Source: Anaerolineae bacterium (GTDB lineage Bacteria > Chloroflexota > Anaerolineae > Aggregatilineales > Ch27). Taken from it: a stretch of DNA of 64,000 nt. The stretch covers positions 2,200-66,199 of the forward strand of contig DAOTXK010000268.1 of NCBI GenBank assembly GCA_034435395.1. The letters are read 5' to 3'. The position numbers and the translations under genes were made by a program. A model generated the notes under the pieces. That model had not been told where the DNA came from. It saw nothing but the letters and a program-made list of their open reading frames with translations, and did not search any database. Shown piece after piece: positions 30,122-39,179 of the stretch (position 1 is its first letter; every line of letters starts with the position of its first letter).

Positions 30122-30157
30122 AAAAAAGACGGGGCCAGCGCCGGTCCCGTCTTTTTA
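30122..30157. terminator. bidirectional intrinsic terminator between valS and the HEAT genes
   Basis: AAAAAAGACGGGGCC-AGCGCC-GGTCCCGTCTTTTT. A-run and T-run flank an 11-bp stem. Confidence 0.75.
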
Positions 30158-30182
30158 TTCATCATCCACCGGACAGTCCCCA

Positions 30183-30437
30183 TCAACCCTCCGCCGACTC
30201 CAGTTCCCGCTTTTTTTTGTAGAGGGCAAGTCCGGCTTGCTGGGCGACCTTTTTCACTTCCGGATCGGTTTCCGCACGAAAAAGCTCCTCTAGCGCCTCC
30301 AGCGCGCTCACGTCACCGAGCAGGCCCAATTCGCGAGCAGCCTTGATCCGAACCTCTGGATTCTTGTCCTTCAGCCTGGCAATGTGATACTCGACAATAC
30401 TAGGCATTTGAACCAGCTCCTCGTCCAACCAATACAT
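30183..30437 (-). CDS. small HEAT-repeat protein
   Basis: KDKNPEVRIKAARELGLLGDVSALEALEELFRAETDPEVKKVAQQA (PBS-lyase/HEAT-like repeats). The ATG shares one base with the upstream stop (TGATG). Confidence 0.6.
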   Translation of the reverse strand: MYWLDEELVQMPSIVEYHIARLKDKNPEVRIKAARELGLLGDVSALEALEELFRAETDPEVKKVAQQAGLALYKKKRELESAEG

Positions 30438-30739
30438 CAGCGCCGAGGCTTCTGTTTACGGGCCTGCGCCTGGTTTAGAATGGCGGTCACACGCTCGCGC
30501 TCCTTCTGCGACGCACCCTGAGCCTCGGCAGCGCGTCTGACTGCGGCATAGTATATCGCTTTACCCGCCTGTTGGGCCAAGCGACGCAGTTCCGCGTCAG
30601 GATCGGTGGCAAAAACGTCCGCCAGCGGGCCTAACGACGCCGGGTCGCCGATGATCTCCAGCTGGCGGATGGCCTCGCGCCGCACGTCCGGATCAGGGTT
30701 TTTGAGTCGTTGTATCCATATCCTGCCTGGCTCAACCAT
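30437..30739 (-). CDS. small HEAT-repeat protein
   Basis: LKNPDPDVRREAIRQLEIIGDPASLGPLADVFATDPDAELRRLAQQAG. ATG 30739 is preceded by GGGGGAG; the longer track start at 30784 is less likely. Confidence 0.6.
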   Translation of the reverse strand: MVEPGRIWIQRLKNPDPDVRREAIRQLEIIGDPASLGPLADVFATDPDAELRRLAQQAGKAIYYAAVRRAAEAQGASQKERERVTAILNQAQARKQKPRR

Positions 30740-30758
30740 GGCCGGTCTCCCCCGTCCA

Positions 30759-31220
30759 TCACGACCCCTCATGACCGGGGTCATCGTCCAGCACTTCCCT
30801 TGCCAGATCGGATAGCGACAGCGCCTGGCCCCGCTCCGACCGGTCGTGGAGAATCTCCAACATCTCCCGCTTCAGCCGGGCCTGCTCCCGCAGAAAGCGC
30901 GTCTCCTCGCCCGTTTTCCCGGCGACTAACTCGGTGGCCACGCCGTCCAGGAAAATCTCCTCCTGCTCGGCGCTGACGCAGGCTTCATAAAGCGCCTGGA
31001 TCGCCCGCTGGGTGGAATGACCTCTCTGGTGCGCCTGCCAGACCAGCTTACCCGCCCACTGCGCCGTCTGGCGAACCCGCGGATCCCGATCATGCTTGCA
31101 TATCCAGCTCAGGGCCGGCAGCGCCTCGGTCTCTTCAACCATCGCAATGATTTGCAGGGTTTCGATGCGCCTTGCCGAATCCCCGTGCTTGAGATTATGG
31201 ATGAGGGTTTGTAGGTCCAT
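30759..31220 (-). CDS. HEAT-repeat protein with acidic/coiled C-terminal half
   Basis: LKHGDSARRIETLQIIAMVEETEALPALSWICKHDRDPRVRQTAQWAG. ATG 31220 was chosen because the longer ORF would run into the tRNA promoter region. Confidence 0.55.
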   Translation of the reverse strand: MDLQTLIHNLKHGDSARRIETLQIIAMVEETEALPALSWICKHDRDPRVRQTAQWAGKLVWQAHQRGHSTQRAIQALYEACVSAEQEEIFLDGVATELVAGKTGEETRFLREQARLKREMLEILHDRSERGQALSLSDLAREVLDDDPGHEGS

Positions 31221-31342
31221 GTCGCGCCATCCCCCTGGCTCCAGTATAACAAAGCTTGTGCCCACCGCGCCTCCGGCGATTGTGCCTGCGGCGATTGGCC
31301 CTTGTTTCACCGCAGCGGGCCTGCTATAATCCGGGTCGCTAA

Positions 31343-31415
31343 GCCACCCTAGCTCAATCGGCAGAGCAGGCGCTTCGTAAGCGTCAGGTTATCGGTTCAA
31401 CTCCGATGGGTGGCT
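31343..31415 (+). tRNA. tRNA-Thr (anticodon CGT)
   Basis: 73 nt cloverleaf: acceptor GCCACCC/GGGTGGC, D arm GCTC..GAGC, anticodon stem GGCGC/GCGTC with loop TTCGTAA, T arm ATCGG-TTCAACT-CCGAT. TTGTTT-17 nt-TATAAT promoter upstream (31301-31330). CCA is not encoded. Confidence 0.9.
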
Positions 31416-31496
31416 CTGCTCCCGCCTGCTCCGTGGATATACGCGACGGGCTTTTTTTGTATGCCCGCTGCGTCGAACGTGCCTTAGGGAGGGGCG

Positions 31497-32132
31497 ATGA
31501 AGGAGCGAGACTATCCAATCACCATCGGCGTCGCGGGAGGCACCGCCTCCGGCAAGAGCACTGTCTCCTACAACCTGCTTCAACAGGCGGGCAGCCACAA
31601 CATCGCCCATCTGGCCCACGATGCCTACTACCGTGAGTCCGACCACATCCCGCGCACCCAAGACGGCCTCCTCAACTACGACCATCCCGACTCCCTGGAA
31701 ACCAGCCTGCTAATCGAGCACATTCGTCAGTTGCAGCAATGGCATCCTGTTGAAACCCCGATCTATGACTTCACCACGCATAAGCGTCTGCCAGGTACAC
31801 TCACCGTCCAGCCACAGCCCGTGATTCTGGTGGAAGGGATTCTGCTCTTTGTCGAGCCGGAATTGCGCGAGTTGTTTGACATCCGCATCTTCGTGGATAC
31901 GCCGGATGACATTCGTCTGATCCGTCGGATCAGGCGGGATGTCGCCGAACGTGGTCGGACGGTGGACTCCGTAATCGAACAGTACCTCGCCACTGTACGC
32001 CCCATGCACCTGGAATTCGTCGAGCCAAGCAAACGCTACGCTGATGTCATCATCCCGGAAGGCGGCTTTAATAAGGTCGCCATCGACATGTTGGCAGCCC
32101 GCATCCGGGCCATGCTGGAAGGCCGACGCTAG
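31497..32132 (+). CDS. udk: uridine kinase
   Basis: P-loop ITIGVAGGTASGKST and Udk-like DHPDSLE / RRIRRD regions. 211 aa. Confidence 0.9.
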   Translation: MKERDYPITIGVAGGTASGKSTVSYNLLQQAGSHNIAHLAHDAYYRESDHIPRTQDGLLNYDHPDSLETSLLIEHIRQLQQWHPVETPIYDFTTHKRLPGTLTVQPQPVILVEGILLFVEPELRELFDIRIFVDTPDDIRLIRRIRRDVAERGRTVDSVIEQYLATVRPMHLEFVEPSKRYADVIIPEGGFNKVAIDMLAARIRAMLEGRR

Positions 32133-32410
32133 GGCTTGGGTTCTTCGCTGGAAGGCGTCACGGTACGGACCAATTCCACCAGAAAGGCAGAGGCTTCATC
32201 CAGACGTTTTTTGAGGTCCTGCATCTCCGTCAGCGCCATGTCGGGGCGTCGTTCCCAGGCTTTCAGCACGATCTCGGCTTGAAGGCTCAGGTTAGTCACC
32301 CGACCGCCCAGATGATCGTGCAGGAGATCGGCCAGCCATCGGCGTGCCTCTGGAGACAGGTACTCATTGATCTGCCGCCGCAGTTCATCAGGATCGAATG
32401 TCTTGGCCAC
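32129..32410 (-). CDS. stand-alone HisKA_3-like (DHp) helical protein
   Basis: 93 aa. ADLLHDHLGGRVTNLSLQAEIVLKAW..P..A resembles the H-box/DHp of NarX/LiaS-class kinases (xELHDxxGQxLtxxxlqle). No ATPase domain. Confidence 0.5.
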   Translation of the reverse strand: MAKTFDPDELRRQINEYLSPEARRWLADLLHDHLGGRVTNLSLQAEIVLKAWERRPDMALTEMQDLKKRLDEASAFLVELVRTVTPSSEEPKP

Positions 32411-32524
32411 GATTTCCCCCTACCCAACATACCATGCTTACCCAGGGCCTGATCCTATCATACGCCAATCCGCATCCTTGAGCGAGTTACCTTCCGTCGC
32501 ACCTGTACGACGGACCTTGCTGCG

Positions 32525-34282
32525 TTGCCCCGTGTGACCCCTGATGCTATAATGCCCAAGACTGACCCAGACCATACCGGCGGGGCACGCGGCCTGACCA
32601 GCCTGCGTCAGCGCCCTCAGTTTGAGGTTGGGGCGCGTACACCCCTCACCGCGAGAGCAGTGGTACGAGTCATCGGAGATGATGTAGTGGAGCAACCGGG
32701 CAAAACAGTCGAAGCCTTCGCCGACATGCAAGCGCGTTTGCAGCAGCAGCTGGCCGAACAAACGCTCCTGTTGCAGGTTAGCCAACGATTGGCTTCCGGC
32801 TTTGATCTCACCAAAACCATGCCCCATGTTGCCCAAAGCGCCCAACAGGTCGCCAAGGCCAGCGCCGCGCGGGTGGTGGTGAGCGATATGACCGGCAGGG
32901 CTTCTTTCGGGGCCGGGCGACTGGCGAAAGCGCTGGCAGACCTGGATGATCACCTGCTCCAACTGTCACAGCAGATCGGGCAGGTCACCATCACCAATCT
33001 GGCGGACCGAGCCGCCGATCCTGACTACGCGCCGCTGGCCAAGCGCCTGGGCGCGGTGGCGTTGTGGCCACTACAGGTCGAAATCCAGCATCAAGGGGTG
33101 CTGTGGCTGGGTTACGAGCGCCCCCACGAATTCACCGAAAGCGAGCAAACCTTCCTGTCCACTCTGGCCGTCCAGGCATCCATCGCCATTGCCAATGCCC
33201 GTTCCTACCAGGAGGCCAAAAATGGCCGCCAATGGCTGGAAGCGGTCCTGGGCAGCACCGCCGATCCGGTGCTGGTCGTCGATCACGATGGCCGGATATC
33301 GCTGATCAATCATGCCGCTGAGGAGCTCCTCAACGTCGACGCTGCCGCTGTCAAAGGGCAGCCCGTCTCCGCTGTCCTGGAGGCTTATCCCCGGCTGCTG
33401 CGCTTCTTTGAGAATGACGGCGATCTGGCCGAAGATGAGGAGTGGAGCAGCCCAGGCGGCAGGACCTTTTCGCCGCGTCTATCCAGAGTCGAGTCGAATG
33501 CTGGGGAGCCAGCCAGTTATGTGCTGGTCCTACGGGATATCACCCACTTCAAACTCCTGATCAGAAATCAGGCTGAGTTCGTGCGGCTGGTATCTCATGA
33601 TCTGCGCTCGCCGCTGACGTACATGCAGGGTTTTGCCAGCATGCTGAACATGGTCGGCGAATTGAACGAGCGCCAGACGGATTTTGCCGAGAAGATTCTC
33701 AACGGCATCAGCCAGATGACGGCCCTGGTGGATAACATCCAGGATGCCGGCCGCTGGGACCCGGAGACCGGATTTTATGAGATGTCCCGTGAGCCGACCG
33801 ACGTCACCGTGCTTGTCCGGGACATCGTATCCAACCATCAAGCCGTGGCCGACAAACAACATGTCACAATCAAAGCCACGATTGCGCCGGACATCCCTAT
33901 CGTCAACGTCGACAGCCTCATGGTCGAACGCGCGCTGATCAACCTGGTCAGCAACGCGATCAAGTACTCGCCGGATGGCGGGGAGGTCGATGTCTCCGTC
34001 ACCGTGAAAGACGAAGCGCTGGTGATTTGCGTCCGTGACACCGGCCTGGGAATCGCCAAGGAACACATCCCCCTGCTTTTTAAACGGGGGAGCCGCGTGG
34101 TCACACCGGAGATCAAAAAGAATCGAATCAAAGGCAGTGGCCTGGGGCTGTTCATCGTCCGCAGCGTGGCCCGGCGGCATAGCGGCGACGCCTGGGTGGA
34201 GAGCCAACCGGGCAAAGGCAGCAAGTTCTACTTCAGCTTCCCGCTCTCCGGCGCTAACCTGGTAGGCAGTGGCAGCCGGTGA
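32525..34282 (+). CDS. sensor histidine kinase (GAF-like + PAS + HisKA + HATPase_c); start uncertain
   Basis: H-box VSHDLRSPLT, N-box NLVSNAIKYSP, G-boxes DTGLGI / GSGLGL. PAS-like PVLVVDHDGRISLINHAAEELL. TTGCCC-17 nt-TATAAT promoter at 32524-32552 suggests a start downstream of 32552. Confidence 0.85.
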   Translation: MPRVTPDAIMPKTDPDHTGGARGLTSLRQRPQFEVGARTPLTARAVVRVIGDDVVEQPGKTVEAFADMQARLQQQLAEQTLLLQVSQRLASGFDLTKTMPHVAQSAQQVAKASAARVVVSDMTGRASFGAGRLAKALADLDDHLLQLSQQIGQVTITNLADRAADPDYAPLAKRLGAVALWPLQVEIQHQGVLWLGYERPHEFTESEQTFLSTLAVQASIAIANARSYQEAKNGRQWLEAVLGSTADPVLVVDHDGRISLINHAAEELLNVDAAAVKGQPVSAVLEAYPRLLRFFENDGDLAEDEEWSSPGGRTFSPRLSRVESNAGEPASYVLVLRDITHFKLLIRNQAEFVRLVSHDLRSPLTYMQGFASMLNMVGELNERQTDFAEKILNGISQMTALVDNIQDAGRWDPETGFYEMSREPTDVTVLVRDIVSNHQAVADKQHVTIKATIAPDIPIVNVDSLMVERALINLVSNAIKYSPDGGEVDVSVTVKDEALVICVRDTGLGIAKEHIPLLFKRGSRVVTPEIKKNRIKGSGLGLFIVRSVARRHSGDAWVESQPGKGSKFYFSFPLSGANLVGSGSR

Positions 34283-34357
34283 GTCGCTTATCCCCAACCG
34301 GTGGTGGCAGTCTTCGCCCCGGCCCCGGCCGGGGTACGTTTTCAGGTGGATTCGCGC

Positions 34358-36190
34358 ATGACCATCCGCATATTGCCTGAGAGCGTCGCCGCCCAGATCG
34401 CGGCAGGCGAAGTGGTGGAGCGTCCGGCCTCCGTGGTCAAGGAACTGGTGGAAAATGCGCTCGACGCCGCCGCCAGCGACATCCGGGTGGAGACCGAAGC
34501 AGGCGGGCAGCAGCTCATCCGCGTCAGCGACGATGGGCACGGCATCCCCGCCGCCGACGTTGAGCGGGCCTTCGCCCGCCACGCCACCAGCAAGATCAGC
34601 ACCATCGAGGACCTGACTCACCTCAGCACGCTGGGATTCCGGGGAGAAGCGCTGCACAGCATCGCCGCCGTCAGCCGGGTAACACTGACCACACGTCATG
34701 CTGGCGAATCGGCAGGCACCCAGGTCCGGGTGGAAGGCGGCACCGTCCGCGCCCACCGCCCGACCGGCGCTCCGGCGGGGACAGTGGTCACGGTGGAAGA
34801 TCTGTTCTACAACACGCCAGCCCGCCTCAAATTCCTCAAAACCACGACCACCGAGCGCCGTCGCATCACAACCATGGTCATGAATTATGCCATGGCCTAT
34901 CCGGCGGTCCGTTTCGCCCTGTACCACGATGGGCGGGAGGTGTTTCGATCCTACGGCGCGGGCGGGTTGTCCGATGTCCTGGTGAAAGTCGTCGGCCCGG
35001 AGACCTTCCGCCATATGCTGGAAGTCCAGCCCCAGCCGCCCGCCCGGCCAGACCTGCCAGCAGTGGAAGTGTACGGCTACACATCCTCCCCCAGCCAGAA
35101 CCGCGCCAATCGCTCCCACATCACCCTGTTTGTCAACGGGCGGGTCATCCAGGATGCCTCGCTCGCCTATGCGGTCACCCAGGCTTATCACACCCTGCTG
35201 CCGAAGGGCCGCTGCCCGATAGCCGTGCTTATGATCACTCTGCCGCCGGAAGAAGTGGATGTGAACGTGCACCCCACCAAAGCCGAGGTGCGGTTCCGCA
35301 GCCCGGATGCCGTCTTTGCGGCGGTGCAGCGGGCCGTGCGCAGCGCCGTCATCGATCAGGCACCCGTCCCATCCGTCCGCCTGCAGGGCTTCAGTTCAAC
35401 CCATGCGCCCGGCTGGCAAGACCGGCGGGAGAGCCTCCTGCGCGCGGGCCAACGGCGGCCTGCCGCCCGGCAGCAAGACCTGGGGCTGGAGTTAGAAACC
35501 CCGGGCGGTTATGGTCAACAGGGAACGGAGCGACGGCGCGAATCGGTTGCCGATGATGAGGCATTCGTCGCCTCGCTCCCGGAAGGGCCGGAACGTCCCT
35601 CGCAACCCCGAACGCTGCCCATGCTCCGCGTGCTGGGGCAGATCGGCGCCAGTTACATTGTGGCTGAAGGTCCGGTGGGCCTTTACCTGATCGACCAGCA
35701 CGCCGCGCACGAGCGCATCCTCTACGAACAGTTTATGGCCGAGCAGGCTTCCCGCCAGCCAGCGGCCCAGCACACGCTGGACACCGTCACGGTGGAACTG
35801 CCTCTGTCCGCAGCATCGCTGGTTGAAGAGCACCTGGACGTGCTGTCCAGGCTGGGCTTCGTGTTGGAACCGTTTGGCGGGGGGACGTTTCGCGTCCGGG
35901 CGGTCCCCACTTTACTGGCCGACCGCGATCCCGCGGAGGCGGTGCGCGCCATCGTCGACGACCTGGAAAGTGGTGCCGAGCCTGGTCAGGCCACGCTGGA
36001 AGAGAAGATCAGCCGGCGGGTCTGTAAAACCGCGGCGATAAAAGCTGGCCAGGTGCTCAGCGTGACGGAGATGCAGGCGCTCATCCGCCAGTTGGAGCGT
36101 TGCCAGTCCCCTCACACCTGTCCCCATGGCCGCCCGACCCTGATACACATCAGCGCGGAACAACTGGCGAAGGAATTCGGTCGCACCTGA
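34358..36190 (+). CDS. mutL: DNA mismatch repair protein MutL
   Basis: IRILPESVAAQIAAGEVVERPASVVKELVENALDA GHKL ATPase N-terminus and MutL C-terminal dimerisation domain (..CPHGRPT..). Confidence 0.95.
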   Translation: MTIRILPESVAAQIAAGEVVERPASVVKELVENALDAAASDIRVETEAGGQQLIRVSDDGHGIPAADVERAFARHATSKISTIEDLTHLSTLGFRGEALHSIAAVSRVTLTTRHAGESAGTQVRVEGGTVRAHRPTGAPAGTVVTVEDLFYNTPARLKFLKTTTTERRRITTMVMNYAMAYPAVRFALYHDGREVFRSYGAGGLSDVLVKVVGPETFRHMLEVQPQPPARPDLPAVEVYGYTSSPSQNRANRSHITLFVNGRVIQDASLAYAVTQAYHTLLPKGRCPIAVLMITLPPEEVDVNVHPTKAEVRFRSPDAVFAAVQRAVRSAVIDQAPVPSVRLQGFSSTHAPGWQDRRESLLRAGQRRPAARQQDLGLELETPGGYGQQGTERRRESVADDEAFVASLPEGPERPSQPRTLPMLRVLGQIGASYIVAEGPVGLYLIDQHAAHERILYEQFMAEQASRQPAAQHTLDTVTVELPLSAASLVEEHLDVLSRLGFVLEPFGGGTFRVRAVPTLLADRDPAEAVRAIVDDLESGAEPGQATLEEKISRRVCKTAAIKAGQVLSVTEMQALIRQLERCQSPHTCPHGRPTLIHISAEQLAKEFGRT

Positions 36191-36250
36191 GTCCACGCGT
36201 TCGGCGGCGCGAGCGCTGACCATCGGCGCGGCGTCGAAGAAGGGCTATCC

Positions 36251-36616
36251 ATGAAACATTACCGGCGTCTGATCCTTCTGGTCGCAGGGTTGCTGCTGCT
36301 GGCGGGCTGCACGGGCCAGTCGACCCTCATCTTCGAAAACTCCACCGTTTGTGGCACCATTCAGATCGAGCTGACCAACACGCAGAACGATGTCACGGAG
36401 ACCTATCAGGTTCCGACTGGCGAGACTTTAACCATCGGAGTCGCGCCAGATGTCACATACCGTTATGTGATCGACTACAGCGCCGCCCAGGACAGCCCAC
36501 AAGGCTACCGCTGCATCGCCGTCCAGCGGGGAGAAGTATCCGTCCCCAACGGCTCCTCCACCCGGTTCAACCTGACGGCGGCCACGCCGACGCCATCCGC
36601 CGCCCCTGGTGGATAG
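36251..36616 (+). CDS. putative lipoprotein, unknown function
   Basis: Signal peptide plus lipobox LLLLAGC. 121 aa with no recognisable domain. Confidence 0.55.
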   Translation: MKHYRRLILLVAGLLLLAGCTGQSTLIFENSTVCGTIQIELTNTQNDVTETYQVPTGETLTIGVAPDVTYRYVIDYSAAQDSPQGYRCIAVQRGEVSVPNGSSTRFNLTAATPTPSAAPGG

Positions 36617-36641
36617 TAAACGGCCTGGAGTCGTTCCGACC

Positions 36642-37718
36642 TCACGGTGCTCTCCACTGGAAGGGGCGCTCGTCGCCCAGCGCCCCGACGATCACGGCCA
36701 CGTTGTCGTCCCGGACGTGCACCACCACCACCCGCCAGGTGATCTCATGGGGCGAGGCATCCATCGGCTGCAACTCGGCGGGCAGCGCCAGCGTGTTGCC
36801 CTGCGTAAACTGCGTGTAAACCGCGCCGGTCGTGTGGTCAGTGACCGTGACCTGGTAATACTCTCCCGGCTGCAACACGCCTGCCGACACCCACCGCAAA
36901 ACCAGCGGCCCTCCCGCGATGATGTCCCCCGGCGATGGCCATAACAGACGCACCGGGCTGAACGTCGGCGTAGGCGTCGGGGTCTCGTTGCCTGACGGCG
37001 TTGGTGAGAGCGTCGGCGTGGGCGTCGGCGCAGGGACAACGAGCTCCTGTCCAATACTGAGCGATGGATTGCAGTCCGGCCCGCCGCTGGGATGGGCAAA
37101 ATCACACCCAAACCAATCCAGTTGGGGGTTCAACTGGCTTAGAATCATCATGGTGGTGTTGTACTGAAGCGCGATTCCGATGATGGTCTGCCCCTCTTCC
37201 ACCACGTGTGTCATCCGCATCATTTCCGGCGTCGGTGACATCGGATGCTGGGCGAAAAAAGTCGCCGTCAGCTCGCCTCCCAATGGGGTCGGCGTCGGCG
37301 TCGGGCGCGGGATCAGGATCACCGACCCCGGCGGCGGCAGCCGATCCGCGTTGGGCACATTGGGATTCATGGTGACCACCTCGTCCAGCACAGCCAGACT
37401 GCGATGCCCGTAGGTCTGGACAATGGCGATTAACTGGTCCCCCTCCTGCAAGACATGTTCAAACGGCCCCGGCGTGTCCGTGATGGTCGGCGTGGCGGAG
37501 GGTGTGACTGGCGTAGGCGTATCGGCGGGGGTGATGGCCGCTACATCAGGTGGCGTAGGCGTGGGTGTCGGCGATAGCGGCGAAAGCGTATCGGTGGCCA
37601 TCGGCGGGGGAGTGGAAAGCGGCGTAGGGGCCACAATGGGGCTGAAATTGCAGCCACCCAGAATCAGACCCAGACTGAGCAACAACCACCCGGCGAAGGG
37701 AAACCAAAGACGGGCCAT
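36642..37718 (-). CDS. LysM-domain lipoprotein (paralog A)
   Basis: Lipobox LILGGC. Two LysM-like segments (VLQEGDQLIAIVQTYG.., HVVEEGQTIIGIALQYN..), PT-rich linkers, and a C-terminal domain shared with the next gene. Confidence 0.75.
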   Translation of the reverse strand: MARLWFPFAGWLLLSLGLILGGCNFSPIVAPTPLSTPPPMATDTLSPLSPTPTPTPPDVAAITPADTPTPVTPSATPTITDTPGPFEHVLQEGDQLIAIVQTYGHRSLAVLDEVVTMNPNVPNADRLPPPGSVILIPRPTPTPTPLGGELTATFFAQHPMSPTPEMMRMTHVVEEGQTIIGIALQYNTTMMILSQLNPQLDWFGCDFAHPSGGPDCNPSLSIGQELVVPAPTPTPTLSPTPSGNETPTPTPTFSPVRLLWPSPGDIIAGGPLVLRWVSAGVLQPGEYYQVTVTDHTTGAVYTQFTQGNTLALPAELQPMDASPHEITWRVVVVHVRDDNVAVIVGALGDERPFQWRAP

Positions 37719-37725
37719 AGGTTCC

Positions 37726-39087
37726 TCAGCGACTGTCCCAGTAGAACATCCTGGGCTCTGTATGATACGTGACGGACGCCAGCCCGCCCTGGCCATTCGC
37801 CGGCCCCACCGCCACATCCCAGGTGAAGGAATGTCGCTGCCCATCGGTCGGCTGCCACTCTGCCGGGAGGATGAAGAAGGTTTCTCTTGTGACCGCGCTG
37901 TAAACCACCCCGCCGATGGTGTCGCTCACTGTCACCAGATAGGCTTCCCCTTCGGCCAGCACGCCGGTAGACACCCAGCGCAGCGTCACCATCTCCCCCA
38001 CGCCAAACAGCGCCCGATCACCAGGGCTCAGGAGCGCTGGCGCGTTGAAGGTTGCCGTGGGGGTCGGCGTCGGCGTCTCGCTACCGGACGGCGTCGGCGA
38101 CAACGTCGGCGTGGGCGTTGGGGCGGGCACCCGCAGGCGCTGCCCGATGTACAGGTTGACGATGCAGTTTGGCCCCCCGCTGTCCATGCCAAAATCGCAC
38201 TGTGAGAACGTCACTTCCGGGTTCAACTGCGACAGAATCTCCACATTGGCTTTAAACTGGAGGGCCACTGAAAGAATCGTATCGCCCGGCTGAACCGTGT
38301 ACCAGGTCACGCCGGGCTGCAAGGTGGCCGTCGGGATCACGGCGCTCACCGGAGTCGGCAACGACCCCTCCCCGCCCAACGCCAACATCGGCAGGCTGCT
38401 CTCTTGATCGCCAGTGCTTTCCTCTGCTTCACCATCCGGCACGCCCCCCGGCGTGGGCGTCGGCCAGGGGATCAGAATGCGCTGCCCGATCTGGAGGCTC
38501 TCCGCCGACCGCAGGCCGTTCAGGTCGATGATCGCGTCGATCACATCGAGACTTCGATGCCCACACCGCATCGCCAGCATGATCAGGGTGTCCCCCTCCC
38601 CCACGACCTGCTCACATGGGCCGGGCGTGGCCGTCGGCAGGGGAGTGTTCGTCGGCGGTGGCGGCGGCGTGAGCGTGGGCAGAAACAGGGTCGGCAGCAG
38701 CGTGCCGGAGGGTGCTGACACAGGAGGCCCACCCATGGCCAGCGTCGGCACAGCGGTGCGGCCGCCGGGTGGTGCAGGTCCTGCCCCCCCCGCGCCCATC
38801 CGCTGGAGCAGCGACGCCCCCGCCGAGAGGAGCAAGATAAGGCCCAAAATCCCGACCACCAGCAGCGCCACAACCATTCCCTGCCAGGGGCTGGCCAGAT
38901 GTGGCGCAAAAAGGTCATCTTCGCCCAGCGCCATATCATAGACCGGACCCTGGCGCTGGTCAGAGGCCCGGCTGGTGGTCATCGTCGGTGCCTGCGGTTC
39001 CGGAATACGAGCGCCGCACATCGGACATTCCCTGCTGGAAGCCGGTAGCTTGGCCTGGCAGATCGGGCACTCGACTGGTCCGGGCAT
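37726..39087 (-). CDS. zinc-ribbon / transmembrane / LysM-domain protein (paralog B)
   Basis: N-terminal CPICQ..CPMCG zinc ribbon and a TM helix (MVVALLVVGILGLILLL). Two LysM-like segments and the same C-terminal domain as paralog A (..LRWVS.GVL..GE.Y.VTV.D..). Confidence 0.75.
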   Translation of the reverse strand: MPGPVECPICQAKLPASSRECPMCGARIPEPQAPTMTTSRASDQRQGPVYDMALGEDDLFAPHLASPWQGMVVALLVVGILGLILLLSAGASLLQRMGAGGAGPAPPGGRTAVPTLAMGGPPVSAPSGTLLPTLFLPTLTPPPPPTNTPLPTATPGPCEQVVGEGDTLIMLAMRCGHRSLDVIDAIIDLNGLRSAESLQIGQRILIPWPTPTPGGVPDGEAEESTGDQESSLPMLALGGEGSLPTPVSAVIPTATLQPGVTWYTVQPGDTILSVALQFKANVEILSQLNPEVTFSQCDFGMDSGGPNCIVNLYIGQRLRVPAPTPTPTLSPTPSGSETPTPTPTATFNAPALLSPGDRALFGVGEMVTLRWVSTGVLAEGEAYLVTVSDTIGGVVYSAVTRETFFILPAEWQPTDGQRHSFTWDVAVGPANGQGGLASVTYHTEPRMFYWDSR

Positions 39088-39179
39088 GGTTCTTCGCACT
39101 CCAAGTCAAACAGCGCGATTATAGCAGGCCAGGGGGAACCCGCCAGAATCGGTGAATAGCGGCACTGATGCCTGACTCA

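Noticed and set aside
30183-31310. The HEAT-repeat trio as one frameshifted pseudogene.
   Set aside because: This cannot be excluded without orthologs. However, both junctions carry proper start signals (an SD plus ATG after the stop, and a TGATG overlap), so they are reported as three genes with a caveat.
36950-38150. Repetitive GGCGTCGGCGT/CCGACGCC-type DNA inside the LysM genes as a possible repeat element.
   Set aside because: It is explained by the Pro-Thr-rich linker coding (PTPTPTPT) shared by the two paralogs.
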